From the NCBI GenBank assembly GCA_958009085.1, contig OY253674.1, forward strand, positions 1,240,001 through 1,271,759: DNA of 31,759 bases, written 5' to 3'. Shown in pieces: positions 31,504 through 31,759 of the stretch (positions within the stretch are counted from its first letter, which is position 1; every line of letters starts with the position of its first letter). The stretch is from Protoeuglena noctilucae (taxonomy: Eukaryota). A program made the position numbers and the translations under genes. The notes under the pieces are model-generated. The model worked only from the letters and a program-made list of their open reading frames with translations, was not told the DNA's origin and did not search any database.

Positions 31504-31759
31504 TAGGGTTAGGGTCAGGTAGGCAGGGCAAGGTTAGGGTAGGTTAGGGTTAGGGTTAGGGTTAGGGTTAGGGTTAGGGTTAGGGTTAGGGTTAGGGTTA
31601 GGGTTAGGGTTAGGGTTAGGGTTAGGGTTAGGGTTAGGGTTAGGGTTAGGGTTAGGGTTAGGGTTAGGGTTAGGGTTAGGGTTAGGGTTAGGGTTAGGGT
31701 TAGGGTTAGGGTTAGGGTTAGGGTTAGGGTTAGGGTTAGGGTTAGGGTTAGGGTTAGGG
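31504..31759 (+). repeat. Telomere, (TTAGGG)n
   Basis: 36 perfect TTAGGG units from 31544 to the window end. They are preceded by ~40 nt of variant units (TAGGG TTAGGG TCAGG TAGG CAGGG CAAGG TTAGGG TAGG). Confidence 0.99.

Overview
The window is the last ~31.8 kb of a chromosome arm from a very GC-rich, intron-rich, gene-dense eukaryote. It ends in a TTAGGG telomere. A green-alga-like, probably flagellated organism is inferred from a plastid-type DHQ synthase II, a CBM20 fragment, a KIF12-like kinesin and DUF4485; the taxon cannot be proven from sequence alone. Hand-spliced gene models give, in order: a J-domain protein (-, runs off the left edge), 3-dehydroquinate synthase II (-), a YVH1/DUSP12-like phosphatase fused in frame to a HAD hydrolase (+), a membrane class III nucleotidyl cyclase (-), a DUF4485 protein (+), C1D/Rrp47 (-), an RNase MRP RNA gene (+), M18 aspartyl aminopeptidase (-), QCR6 (-), a KIF12-like kinesin (+), an SLC25A44-like carrier (-), SurE (-), and a CBM20 gene fragment cut off by the telomere. 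The most notable observations are: (1) an unannotated ~550-770 nt nested RNA-like fold with two long miRNA-precursor-like hairpins at 2405-3165; (2) at least 9 of roughly 50 inferred introns use a G|GCGAG (GC-AG) donor; (3) the YVH1-HAD fusion, with loss of about half of the zinc ligands; (4) an RNase MRP RNA with an expanded, branched P3; (5) apparent telomere healing inside a gene. Most ORFs in the supplied track are spurious products of high GC content.
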